DNA of 64,000 nt from Lytechinus pictus (Eukaryota). The notes under the pieces are model-generated. The model did not search any database and was not told the origin of the DNA. It saw only the letters and a list, made by a program, of their open reading frames with translations. Position 1 is the stretch's first letter. Each line of letters opens with the position of its first letter. This document shows positions 12,634 through 24,600 of this stretch, piece by piece. Position numbers and translations under genes: made by a program. The DNA is taken from assembly GCF_037042905.1 (NCBI RefSeq), contig NC_087245.1, positions 33,420,001-33,484,000 of the forward strand. Reading direction: 5' to 3'.

Positions 12634-15600
12634 CATAGGCGGATCCAGGGGGGAGGGGGCCCGGGGTCCCCCTATTGGCGGAGCAAAAAAAAAAAAAAAA
12701 AGAAAGAAAGAAAAAAAAAGAAAAAAGGAGGGAAAAGAGAGAAGAAGAAGAGGAGGAAGACGAGTGAATGAAATAAAGACTTGTAAAATAAAAAGATTCT
12801 TTTTATGTCAATATATAAAATTTTCGCTCGCACTTTGCGCTCGCATTCCCTGTTAGGTGATTTTCATATCTTGTTCAATCTGTATGTGACAAAAAAAATG
12901 AAAATCATCAAATATGAATAAATTTGGTATCATTTGAAAGCTCTTAAAATTAAATAAAAAGACCTTTCAATTCAAATGATACCATTACCAAGAACTCTAA
13001 TTTTCATCAACTAAGAAATTATAGAGTTATTCCAGTTTAAGTCGCGCATATTCTTCCCAATTTGTGGTCATTGTCTTAATGTAAAGTCAATGGAGTACAG
13101 AACCGATTTTTGTGACCATTTTGAACCAAAGTCTTCAACAGGCTCTAACTTCTTTGTTTTTTAAGCCCCGGCTATGAAGTACCGGTAATTTAGGTATCAA
13201 TGGAAAAGTGAAAGAAGACTCAATCGATGTGTAATCAATCATCTTGTAATTTTTCTTATTATTATGTGAAAAATTATTTCTTTTAATTAATTCTAATTAA
13301 TTAAGCAAATTATGCAAAATCACAATTACTCAACACAATTTTTTTGCCAAATGAAGGTGATCATGATAGATAATTTACATAATTTAGTTGGCATCAAAAC
13401 AGCATCATGTAGATAATATCCTAAATAAATTTGCTAAAAGTATTGTTTTTGTAATTTCTAATGTATTTCCTTGTTTTTCTGATATAAATTACAAGCTCTT
13501 TTTCAACTAAGTATTGTAAATTTTGTATACATGTATGTACAGGGGTCCTTTTTTACATATAAAAATTATCCCTTTTGCACTTTGTATGACCAAATAAAAA
13601 TACAAGTGTGCTTTTTTCTGATGTATATGATTGTTTCACCAATTCTTTATGTATTCTATTGTTTCAACAATTTGTTATACATGTATAATATGTAGCTCTT
13701 GATTTTAGAGACAATGGAGATTTGATTACATTTTTTAGGAGGGATGAGCAGCTGAGTGTAAAATATGTTATGTAGCATTGTTTGCAATTTATTTCAAGTA
13801 TCAAGAAGTATAAAAATTAAGCTTTAATATATTCTATCAGTTTTCAATGTATTTCTTAGATTTGTATACACACATTGTATTATAAAGGCCCTGTTTGAGC
13901 TCTCTTTTTTTTAAGAAAAATGAATAAATTCAAATTATTAGTTGAAGCCAAAAGAAAAGGAAAAGAGTGGTCTATTTCTTTCAAAACAAAACAAAAAACA
14001 ACCAGGAAAAAAAGATAACAAAGCTCTAAAAAAAAAAAAAAAAACCAGACATCAATGCTCCAAACAAACATTAAAACAAGAGAAACAAAAGTGACACAAA
14101 AACTTGTACCAATCCCATCCCCATTTTCCAGTGTAAAACACAACCCCCACCTGCACCCCTAATGAAAAAAAAAGTAAAAAAAAAAAAGTAAAATAAAAAA
14201 TAAAAAAAAACATAAATACAGGACTTAGACCCATCTGGAAATGAAATATTCTTTCCTCTGAGTTTTCATGTATTTTCTTACAAGAGTGAAAAAAGATAAC
14301 AACAAAAAAATGAATAACATATAGTTCGTGCATTTTAATAAAAAAAATCAACATATAAGATATTCTCCTTTCAAAAGCAAATCCAGTCTCCAAATAATGA
14401 AACTTGACCAAAAAAATTGAAAAAATAAACAATACAAAAATTTACAAAAGAAACATAAAAATAAAAGAAAACCTAAAGGGGAAATATGAAAAGGAAAGAA
14501 ACAAAAGAACATAAAAAAAAGAAATGAAAATTTTAAAAAAGGAAAAGAAAAAATAGAAAAGAAAAGTGAAGAAAATAAAAAAGAAAAGAGAAAATAAAGA
14601 ATATGAAAGAAGCTATTTAAAAATAATCCTTTTTAAAAGAAGGGGAATGGGTCCTGCCTCGTAGTCCTGGGGAGCCGATTCACACACACACTGATATTAA
14701 GCCTCAATCTGCCCAGCTTTCTTTTTCAAAATAAATTTGGAGATGTGCCCCCCCAATATCTTTGAATGCAGTTATATTAATCCAAAACACGAAAGAAAAG
14801 AGCAGTTAATTTGGTAAACAAACAATAAACCCCACTTCAGCAAGCAGCAAGATCAGCGCCCTAGCACAGCTGGCAGCCACATACTAGCCCAGCGCAGCCC
14901 CGTGAAAACTCGCCAGGATGCCTATAATGCGCGCGTGGTCATGCAGCCAATTTTTGCTTGGCACATACAGCAAGTTTTGTAGCTAAAAAACATTGTTTCG
15001 TTAATGAAATCACTTAGATATTTCATATGCAGGTAATTAAATAAATATTCTACGTAGATATATAACATTCAAAACTATACATACCTTCCTTTTTTGAAAT
15101 TCAAGGCATCGAATCCGTTTCCAATCTTTTGATGGTCGTATCTCAGACCTTGTTCATCGTACGGAAAAAAAAAAAAGCGATATCAAGTGGGATTCCCGAT
15201 CTCTTGATCGATACCCCATTCATGATGTAAGGTCTAAAAATAGCACCGCTACAGCGATTTTAGCAGAGACATGCACTGTGCACTCGAACCAGAGGCGTAA
15301 CGATAGCGCGGTGCAAGGAAATAACCTGCGGAAGCGCGGATTGTCACGTACCTACAATATGGAGTTTAAGTATCTAGTCAAGCCAATATACAAAACATAT
15401 TTCACCTCACCGAACTTTCATTATTGTTTTGTGATTTACAAATTGATTCTTAAAAAGTGCTCTGTAAAAATGTCAGTTTTATGGTCTGAAAATTAACATT
15501 TTCTGCTCGCGCTGCGCGCTCGCAAATTTTGATTTATCAGGTACCTATTACTTTCGTGTATTCCATGAAGTTTTCAGAATATCCCTTTTCAGGTCTGATT

Positions 15601-17167
15601 GTCAAAACGTATCAGCTAGCGCTGCACGCTCGCATTTTGATTGGCGAGTTATGTATGTCTCAATATTGATTATACAACAAACTACTTAAAGTCCCCTTTT
15701 CATGATAGTTTTTTTTTCTTTCAATCTTTATTGATCAAAATATAAATAACATTATATAGTTTATAAAAAAATTTGGTCCACAATTTGAGCTCGCATTAAT
15801 GGTTAAAAATATATTAACTGATGCATCCTATGTATAATTACAAAAAAATGTCAAGTTTTCAGGCCATAATATCATCAGATTTCGCACCCTCATTAGGCAT
15901 TAATGAATAAGATATTAATTCAATAATTAAATTGTCCTTTTTTTTCATCTCGCGCTTAGCAAGAGGAATAGGAAGTGCTTGAAATATAGAGCTGAAATTG
16001 ACTTTTTTTCAGATCAAAATGCTGTCAGTCAAATGTCTGTCTGTCAAATAGTTTAAGCTCCCGCTTCACGCTCGCTTTGATTTTCATGATAAAAGATTAT
16101 TTAGAATGGCTGGATTCTCGGTCTAAATATGAAACACGCGCGCATGTATATTCAGATACCTAACTTGTTCTCTATTTAAATCATTATCCAGTTTCAGATC
16201 ACAAAATATCAAAAAATTTCTGCTCGCACTTTGTGCTCGCATTATTCATGTAGGAAGATCCCCTATTTCTTATTCTTTTCATGATTAGAGTGTCCCGTTT
16301 TTAGGTCTAAATCTCAATTTTTTTCCATCAATTAGTTGTTTAGTTATATAGCTATCCTGTTCACAATTACAAAAAATTGATTAAATTTTCCATTCTTTAG
16401 GTATAAATGTCAAAAATTTTCAGCTCGCGCTTCGCGCTCGCATTATTGGATTGTTGAAATATGTAACGTCTTCATGGCTAAGTGCAAGCAGTCCTTAACA
16501 CTACAGGTACCTTTTCGATCAGTTCAAAACGTAAATAAAAATTTTCTGCTCGCGCTTTGCGCTCGCGTTATTAATGTAAGGAAGATCATCCTTTTAGTAA
16601 TGGATTACATAACATGAATAGAGTGTCTCGTTCAGTAGGTCTAAATCTCGAAATCAATTGTTTAGTTTTGCTTAATTAAAAAAAACCCTTTCCATTCTTT
16701 AGGTTAAAATGTCAAAAAATTTCAGCTTGCGCTTCGCGCTCGCATCATTTGATTTTTTTAAATAAATATGTAACGTCTTCATGGCTAACTGCATGCAGCC
16801 TTTAACAGGTACCTTTTCCATCACTTCATTTCTGCTCGCGCGTGGCGTTCGTGGCAATTATTTAGTTGCATACACATCCTTTTCAGGATAACAAACATTG
16901 CCCAGAATGTTCAAATTTTAGGAAAAAATACATAAGATTTCAAAAAAAATTTAGCTCGCGCTTTGCGCTCGCATTATATACCGGTATATATATAAGGATA
17001 TTTGATATTATATACCGGTATTCATGTTGATTTATAAAGCTGAGAAGTGACTATTAGGACTACCCCTTCAAAGAAACCAAAAATCATCTTCGAGTGGCCG
17101 ATCTGGGAAAACATGGCTGAAAAAAAATCCGGGCCCCCCCTATTGGCGATGGCTGGATCTGCCCCTG
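12634..17167. mobile_element. Composite hAT-like element (same family as 4366-6019) containing a nested insertion
   Basis: Termini cataggcggatccag / ctggatctgcccctg; flanks aagta/aagta; internal gctcgcgcttcgcgctcgc repeats. Confidence 0.7.
12880..15354. mobile_element. Unclassified insertion nested in the hAT-like element
   Basis: Short inverted ends gtatgtgacaa / ttgtcacgtac; caat repeated on both flanks; interrupts the host repeat pattern. Confidence 0.4.
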
Positions 17168-18442
17168 AAGTACCCTATGTTAATGAGCAAATGAGCAAGA
17201 TTTATCCAAGTCCTTTCGTGGCTGAATTCATATCCCTACAAAATCTCGTGAATTGGGAGACTTTACTCTCAAACTTACCAATAACATTTTCTCCTTGACT
17301 CTTGACTTGAGTAAAATTGATTATTTTTGTACCATAGCATAGGAAAGAGTAAACATTACTTTTTTATATTGGTTATTTCTTTTGAATAAAATATTTTGAT
17401 AAATAAGTGAATTTCAGGCCTGAAAAGAGGCCTCAAACAGAGTTTTCTTCCTCTGTTTTCTCTTGCAAATTGTGCAAAATTTTGTGTTTTGCTTTTAGGC
17501 ACAAACATTATTTAGCCTATATCAATTATCATCAGAAAAAAAAGCTCAAACTCTACTTTCATACAATGTCACTTTTGATAGTAGGATCCATGCTTTAAGT
17601 TAGCACCTGAAATATATTTCAAATATATACAAATCTGAGAAGTACAATAAATGCTGCACTTTATGCTCTCCACACTTTTTTTCAAAATCCATGTCATTTT
17701 CACCATAATTTGCAAGCTTGCTAGCGAAGACTGTAGATCTCTAGACCTAAACATTTAAAAATAGGGGTTCATGTGCTTGTTTTAAAATATAGAATCAGCA
17801 CATTTTTTTGGGAGCTATTGTGCTATTTAGAATACCAAAAACATGCCAAAGGCTTTAGATCTATATCAGTAAGGAATGATTCCAAACCACTCTACTATTT
17901 ATTCGGATTTGAGGTCATATTCGTCATACTTTGCAGCACTTCATACTAGTAGTACCGGTAATGTAGACTATTTAGAAATTGTAAATTAAAAAAAAAAACA
18001 TTAATCAAAGGATAATTTTTGACTAATTAGCTTTACAAAATCATTCTTTCATTGCATTCAGTTATAAATCAAATAACCATGTTTGTATTTGCAACCTTGG
18101 CTTTGACTTCTTGTTACTTTTAATTCTAAATAACCTCCAACATCACTGTCGGCCATTGATTGCACATGCAGCCATCAGCTTTCAGATGGAGCTGCAAAAG
18201 GGATTGATTCTCCATGTTTAAGGTTGTACGCATCATGGAGCTGCTGACGCACGTGCAAGAGCTTGAAATATAAAATGGTCATTTAAAATTAAATATTGCA
18301 TCAGTTTGATCATCAATATTCATGTTTTTATGATATACATGTATGATTCGTTCATTTCATCTCCTAGCCTGTTTCAATGTTATGAAGTCTTTTGTTTTGT
18401 TTTCCCTTCTCTTTTGTACAGTAGTTTTCCGTAGCGTGAAAG

Positions 18443-18670
18443 ATGGGTCTGGGAAGGAACCAAGCCAATGGAGAGGTACAGGGTGCCGTGCACAAGCCGA
18501 GGAGGTTTGTGGGTGATGTCACCTGGGATGAGGTGAAGAAGCATGATGGCAAGACCGTGAAGGAGAAGTGGCTGGTAGTTGATAACCAGGTCTATGACAT
18601 CACACAGTGGAGTAAGAGGCATCCGGGAGGGTTTAAAGTCATCACACACTATGCTGGACAAGACGGATCC
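18443..18670 (+). CDS. FADS2: Desaturase coding exon 1 (cytochrome b5 domain)
   Basis: MGLG...[34 protein letters not shown]|gtaagg. Confidence 0.95.
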
Positions 18671-21600
18671 GTAAGGCTCTTTTGGCTGTTTAAGAGCCAG
18701 AACACGTACTGTCAATGGAATAATTGAAATCTGAATGTGTTATTGACAAAAAAAATCATGAAAACTATAATTTGATGCACAGTCCGGCTTCTTCACTTGC
18801 TAATTCCTAAAATGAACCATAAACCATATGCCTTACTTTAAAACACCAGCCATTCTACATGTACATGTATGTGCTCATGATCATTTCACTATGCATTAGA
18901 GGAAGTATCTGATTGATTGGGGAATGGCTTGTTTGTATTAAACAGTTCCTACTTCCGTATCTAAAAAATAGAGAAAATAGGTATAACTTTTATAAAGTAC
19001 TCAAGTTTTGTTATTAAAACAATCTTACTTGACTTTGATATCAGCATCTAGAACATCTCTTGCAATCCATGAACTCAATCAAGGTGAGTTTCCTTTAGGA
19101 AGTGAGATACATGTACTGTACTGCACACTAAATAACCTGTTGGTTCCCTTTCACTATTTTGTTTTTACTCAGTCATTCTTATTCGCAATATATGAGTTGT
19201 ACATGTAGATATAGAAAAAGAAACTCTCAATTGATAAAATTTGTGATTAGGTAATGATAAAGCAGCAAGATATTTCCCCCCTTGGTTTTACTGTATGATG
19301 TATAGCTTACAGGTGAATGCTCATCATGATACTTAATGAATTATTTTGGTAATAATAAATAAAAAAAAATAAAAAAATGAAAAAAATAATTAAAAAGAAT
19401 TTTCACTTCCATCCACAGGAAGCATTTACAGCTTTTCACAATGATGAACAATACGTGAGGAAGTTCATGAAGTCTATCCATATTGGACAGATTGTCAAAG
19501 ATCAAATTGAGCAAAAAGAAGTTGTCAAAGACTTTGCTGAGCTACGAGAAACTGCTGAGAAAATGGTAGGTATTGGGAGCTGTTAAAGGTTTTCAATCTC
19601 GGATATTCAGAAAAAAAAACACAAAAGAAATCTACAAATCATGTGATCTAAATATTGTTTATTAATTCATTTTAAGAATATTATATAATAATCGATATAG
19701 AATGTTTCTTCTTTTTTTTGCATTATCTTCCTCCACTATTTATCAATAAATTTGTCAGTGTTAATTGCTGTTACATATGTGTAGCAAGTTGAAGTGAAAC
19801 CTCCTGATAGGGGGTCCAGGAGATAGAGTATCCCCCCCCCCAAACAAATATCTGAATATGATGTCTTTTGGATGGCTTCAATCTGTTTATATACACTGTA
19901 AACAACATTAATATCCTGCCAATTGAGAACCGCGGTTCTAAAATTAATTGCTTGAGCAGTGATCAACAACAATTATTTGTCCATAGATGTATTTTTATGT
20001 AATAATAATATTGAACAAATTTGGCCATTACAAATATTTGGGGGTACCAATCTTAGTAAATTTATTCAGTCATCTGGATCAGCTTCTGTCAAAAAATTAG
20101 ATTTTATGCAAGGTCCATCTAGTTCTTGTTAGGGTTGTACATGTATGGTTTTGATAACTAAGATAGGACAAGATCCCTGATTGTATATGCAATTAAACTT
20201 ACTTTGAACTTTGACCAGCTATGGCATTAAGCATTGTGCCAGATTGCACGTACCTTTACAACAATACCTGGATCCCGTTTTATGACGGCTTATCATAACA
20301 AAAAAATGCTCAATTTCTTTAACAAATATACTATCAGCCAATCGAATGGTATGATTTTATTAGCCTTAAACCAGGCCGGGCTTTTTTGGATGTTATATGA
20401 TGATGATGATGAAGGGGGGGTATGGTTAATTTTTCTGAAATCATCAGATAAAAAAAAATGAATTACATGTATGCTAATTTATGCATAAATCATACTTTTT
20501 TATCTAATTCACTATTAAAAATTCATAGAATGCAAATTTTTGGTGTAAATATTCTTTGTACCATTTGTAACAATTTTTTAATGAAAAAAAATCCTGGTTT
20601 GAAAATGAATTTTTAATGTATTTTATTGTTTTATAAATTTCTTATTGTTTCTCTGTTTTTCTTTTTTTTGCCAAATTTATAGCAGAACCTTTTTTGAAGT
20701 ATAATTATGCAAAAATCAATGAATTTCTGCTGATTTAAGTAAAAATGATTCTATCTTTATGAATAAGATGAGAAAACTAAATTTACATTGACTTTGTACA
20801 CAAAATCAAGTTTTGGACTTGCGTAATGTTGCATAATTTTTCAACCACACACCCATCTTAAATTTCTTTCCAAAAGATGCGCAAGACTTCAAATAAAAAA
20901 GTCAGTGAGTGACGCGGTTGAAAAATTTCACGCACCTGAGTGGTCACTGAAAATGTCAAGGGGGGGGGGGGGTTGATTCAACCCCCCAGCGGTTTTAGGG
21001 TTAAACTCATTGCAAATAAGTTATTATAACAAGTTGAATTGACCCTTGAAAATGAAGAAGTAAATTTAAGGCCCTGAAGTTTTTGACATTTTTGTTCTAG
21101 GCAGACCGTTTGTCAAGAATAGTAAATAGTTCTATATCTGTAGTGAACTTTGTCAGTAAACATGCATATCAGACTGACGGTGCATGAAGAGTGTACTTCA
21201 TGATTTGTTTTTTAAACTGTTCATGGATTGACATTGTAATGACTTTCTCCCAAAGATTTATTAACTATCTTTCTATTTAATACCGGACACAGTCAGTTCT
21301 TATTATATGGGATTTATGCACACAGTCTATTGATATCTTAAAGAGCGTACTCCTCCCTTTATATATTTTACTATATATTCAAGAACAGTTGAGTTACAAA
21401 TTTCATGCAAATCAGTTTCAAAACCTTGACAAAAGTAGAAGAGGCTTTATGTAAAATTTGTGAGCTGGTACTGTGATTACATGTAATTGGCTTGAATAAT
21501 CATGAACTATTCTGTGTGTACCTGTATGTATATACTATTCATAGTGGATTATTAGAATAACCCTTTTAAATGGAAAACTCCTCAATACAGGAAGGTAATT

Positions 21601-24600
21601 GAAACTTCCTAGATATACATGTACTGTACATGTAGGGTTAGATTATCTAATTTTTACTGTTTCTTTAGAACTACAGTATTTGTGCTCATTTTGACATTAA
21701 TGTGCACAAATATATATACCGGTATATATTAAACAAATATATCAGGCTTTGAGAAAGTATAGTGGAATTATTTATCCGAGGTTGGTCTGGCAATTACTAT
21801 TTTTCCCCGAGGGGCGAAGCCCCGAGGGAAATATAGTAGTTTTGCCAGTCCAACCGAGGATTAATAATTCCCACTATGCTTTCGAATGAAACGCCTGATA
21901 TATTTGTTTTATATCCTACTTTTAATAATTCATAACCAAAATCTATGCGCTGAGCATGCAAAGTCCTGTTACTTGCGTTGAATTACCTACTTTTCTCCGA
22001 GCCACCGCGCTCAGCGGAACGCAGATTAGTGTCTGCGCTGACGCATCGCGCTGGACTTGCGCGCCCGGGGGAGAGAGCGCGCAAGCCGGTGCGCCGAGAT
22101 ATCCAGTTTTGTGAAATAATGACGTCATAATATTGGTATATCCAAAAATATATCGAGGTCTGACGTCACGCAACATCATAGTTGAAATATATTAGGTCAC
22201 ATGATGCTACTTGAACCAATCACTATACAGGATTTACTCTATGTAGGATATAAATATATATATTTTTTTTTTTTTTCATTAACAACTATATTCATTGGTT
22301 CCCTTTCTTGCTAAATTCACTTTTTATAATGGCTTGAGTGTTCTGTGACACATGTTCACTTTTTGTTTCATTATTTATTTTAAATATTAGCATTAATCTT
22401 TAAGAGTTATATATTTTTGAATGCAGGAGCATTAATAGTGAGTTCATTAAAGAGTGCCATGTGGCTCAAACAAGAAGGTATAAGTTGCCTCCACTCAGAA
22501 AATACTATTCCCCCATCAATACCCCATTGTGGCCCAGTGGATTAGTCTTCGGACTTTGAAACAGAGGGTCGTGGGTTCGAATCCCAGCCATGGCGTAATT
22601 TCCTTCAGCAAGAAATTTATCCACACTGTGCTGCACTCAACCCAGGTGAGATGAATGGGTACCCGGTAGGAAGAAATTCCTTCAATGCTTTGAGCGCCTA
22701 GGTAGCCCAGCTAAAGCCGGGGTAATAATAATAGCAGGGCCCGCTGGGAGAACAGTTTTCGGAACTGAAGCGGCTTCCCTGGGTAAATATACCTGTATTA
22801 ATATTATTATTATTATTATTATAATAATTTGGATGAAAATCTTGTCAAGATTATGAAAAAAAACCCACAAGAAACTACACATTTATCCCGTGTTATTTGT
22901 AGGTCTCTCAGATGTATTTTCCTTATATATACCGTAAGCAACAATGGTTTACACATTTCAATGATTGCATAACTTTGGTTTTACATCATAGCAAAAGCCT
23001 TGTAGACTGTGTCATATAAGAGTTGATCCCAAACATGTAACAGGGGCTGTAAACAATGAACAAACATTATGACACACTGAACCAACATTCTGAATTTAAT
23101 TGAGCAGTGATTAATCAGCCTGTCTTTACCAATCACCCCATAGCATGTAGAGAACACGTGGGTATGCAAGGTGTTCGAATAGGGTTAATTACTAGTAATT
23201 TAAAGCCTGTCGGAAGCTTTGGTAAAGTGTTTACGTGAACTTATCCAATCATACAAGAAATGAAGTGGCCGTTGATTTTCTTTTTGTGAACATTAAAATT
23301 TTCAAATTGTTAAATCTGACACCCTTAATCAGTAATGTTTTCTTTTTCTTTTTGGGTGCTGTTTTTACACTTTATACACTTATGGGAGTTTACTAAAAAA
23401 ACAGGCTAGCCATTTAGTGTCATATTTCTATAGGTCTTCATTTGTCAATGGTGTCAAAATAACTCATTCTTATTATGTGTATTTCATTGTACATTATGTT
23501 AATAAAACGTACTGTCCAAATTTATCATTACATGAAAAATAGATACAAATATGTACACAAAAAAAAAAGGGAAATCAAGGTCTGTTCAGTACTACACTGT
23601 ACAACATTTTCTACATGTTTTGTCAATATCCTGACTAGAGGATAATTTACAGATTTGAAGTTGAATACTTACAATGTAGAGGTTGTTTGAAGTGTGTCTG
23701 TGCATACTGAAACAATTACATGTTGGTTTATGTAACTGTGTAGTATTGTGTTTATGTAATTTGACAGTTCAGAGATAAGTATATTTAAACCTAACGAATT
23801 GTATACATGCAGGTCAATGATGGGTGCACTGTTTCTGTCAAGAACCACATGACTTTGTGATAATTTGTGGGAGATAACAAATCTACTAATTAGCACTGGA
23901 GGTGAATTGTAGATAGTACATGTACACCGTGTACATGTACTATTTACTTCCAGTGCTAATTAGTAGATTTGTTATCCCCCACAAATTATCACAAAGTCAT
24001 GTGGTTCTTGACAGAAACACAGTTGGGGTAATATTGACACAATACATCCTTGGTACAGTATACGTAACTGCATGTACCTTGTGTAAGGTACATGTGTAGT
24101 ACATGTACATTCTGAAAGTTTTATTTTCCTCATTGTTTGTAAGCTCCAATTAAAGTTTTATTTTTGAATTAGCAGGATTGTTAAAGCTAAATGTCCTTAA
24201 AAGGTCGAATTGAATCTTGGTTATAAAATTGGTTACATACAATTTACTGTACACCTTATGTATACATGTCAAACAGAAAAACAAAAATATTGAAAGAATT
24301 TGAACAATGTATGTAAGATTGGAGTAATCTCAGTTTGCAATGAGAAAAAAACTTATCAGTTTGATATTTGTGTAAACCAAATGGAACTTAGACTGGAGCT
24401 CTTAGTACGCCTGAAATCACATATTCATAAAAGAAGACAAAAGATGAGTGTGTGAGGTCAGGGTCCCCTCATTTGTATGCTGCCTGTTATGAGTAGCCTA
24501 TACAGTGTGTATCAAAAAAAAGTTTACACTAAGAAAAAATCCTCTAAAATTATACATTTGTAATATCCTGATGATTTTTCCACATTTTAACATTGGTACA

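Noticed and set aside
13880..14620. Hydrophobic ORFs of 87 and 126 aa
   Set aside because: Artefacts of A-rich low-complexity sequence
15500..16975. CRISPR-like repeat-spacer pattern
   Set aside because: Eukaryotic context, irregular long spacers related to one another, no cas genes, inside transposon termini
22527..22595. tRNA-Gln-like sequence (also at 33838)
   Set aside because: Continues into a shared core and simple-repeat tail, so it is a SINE head rather than a tRNA gene
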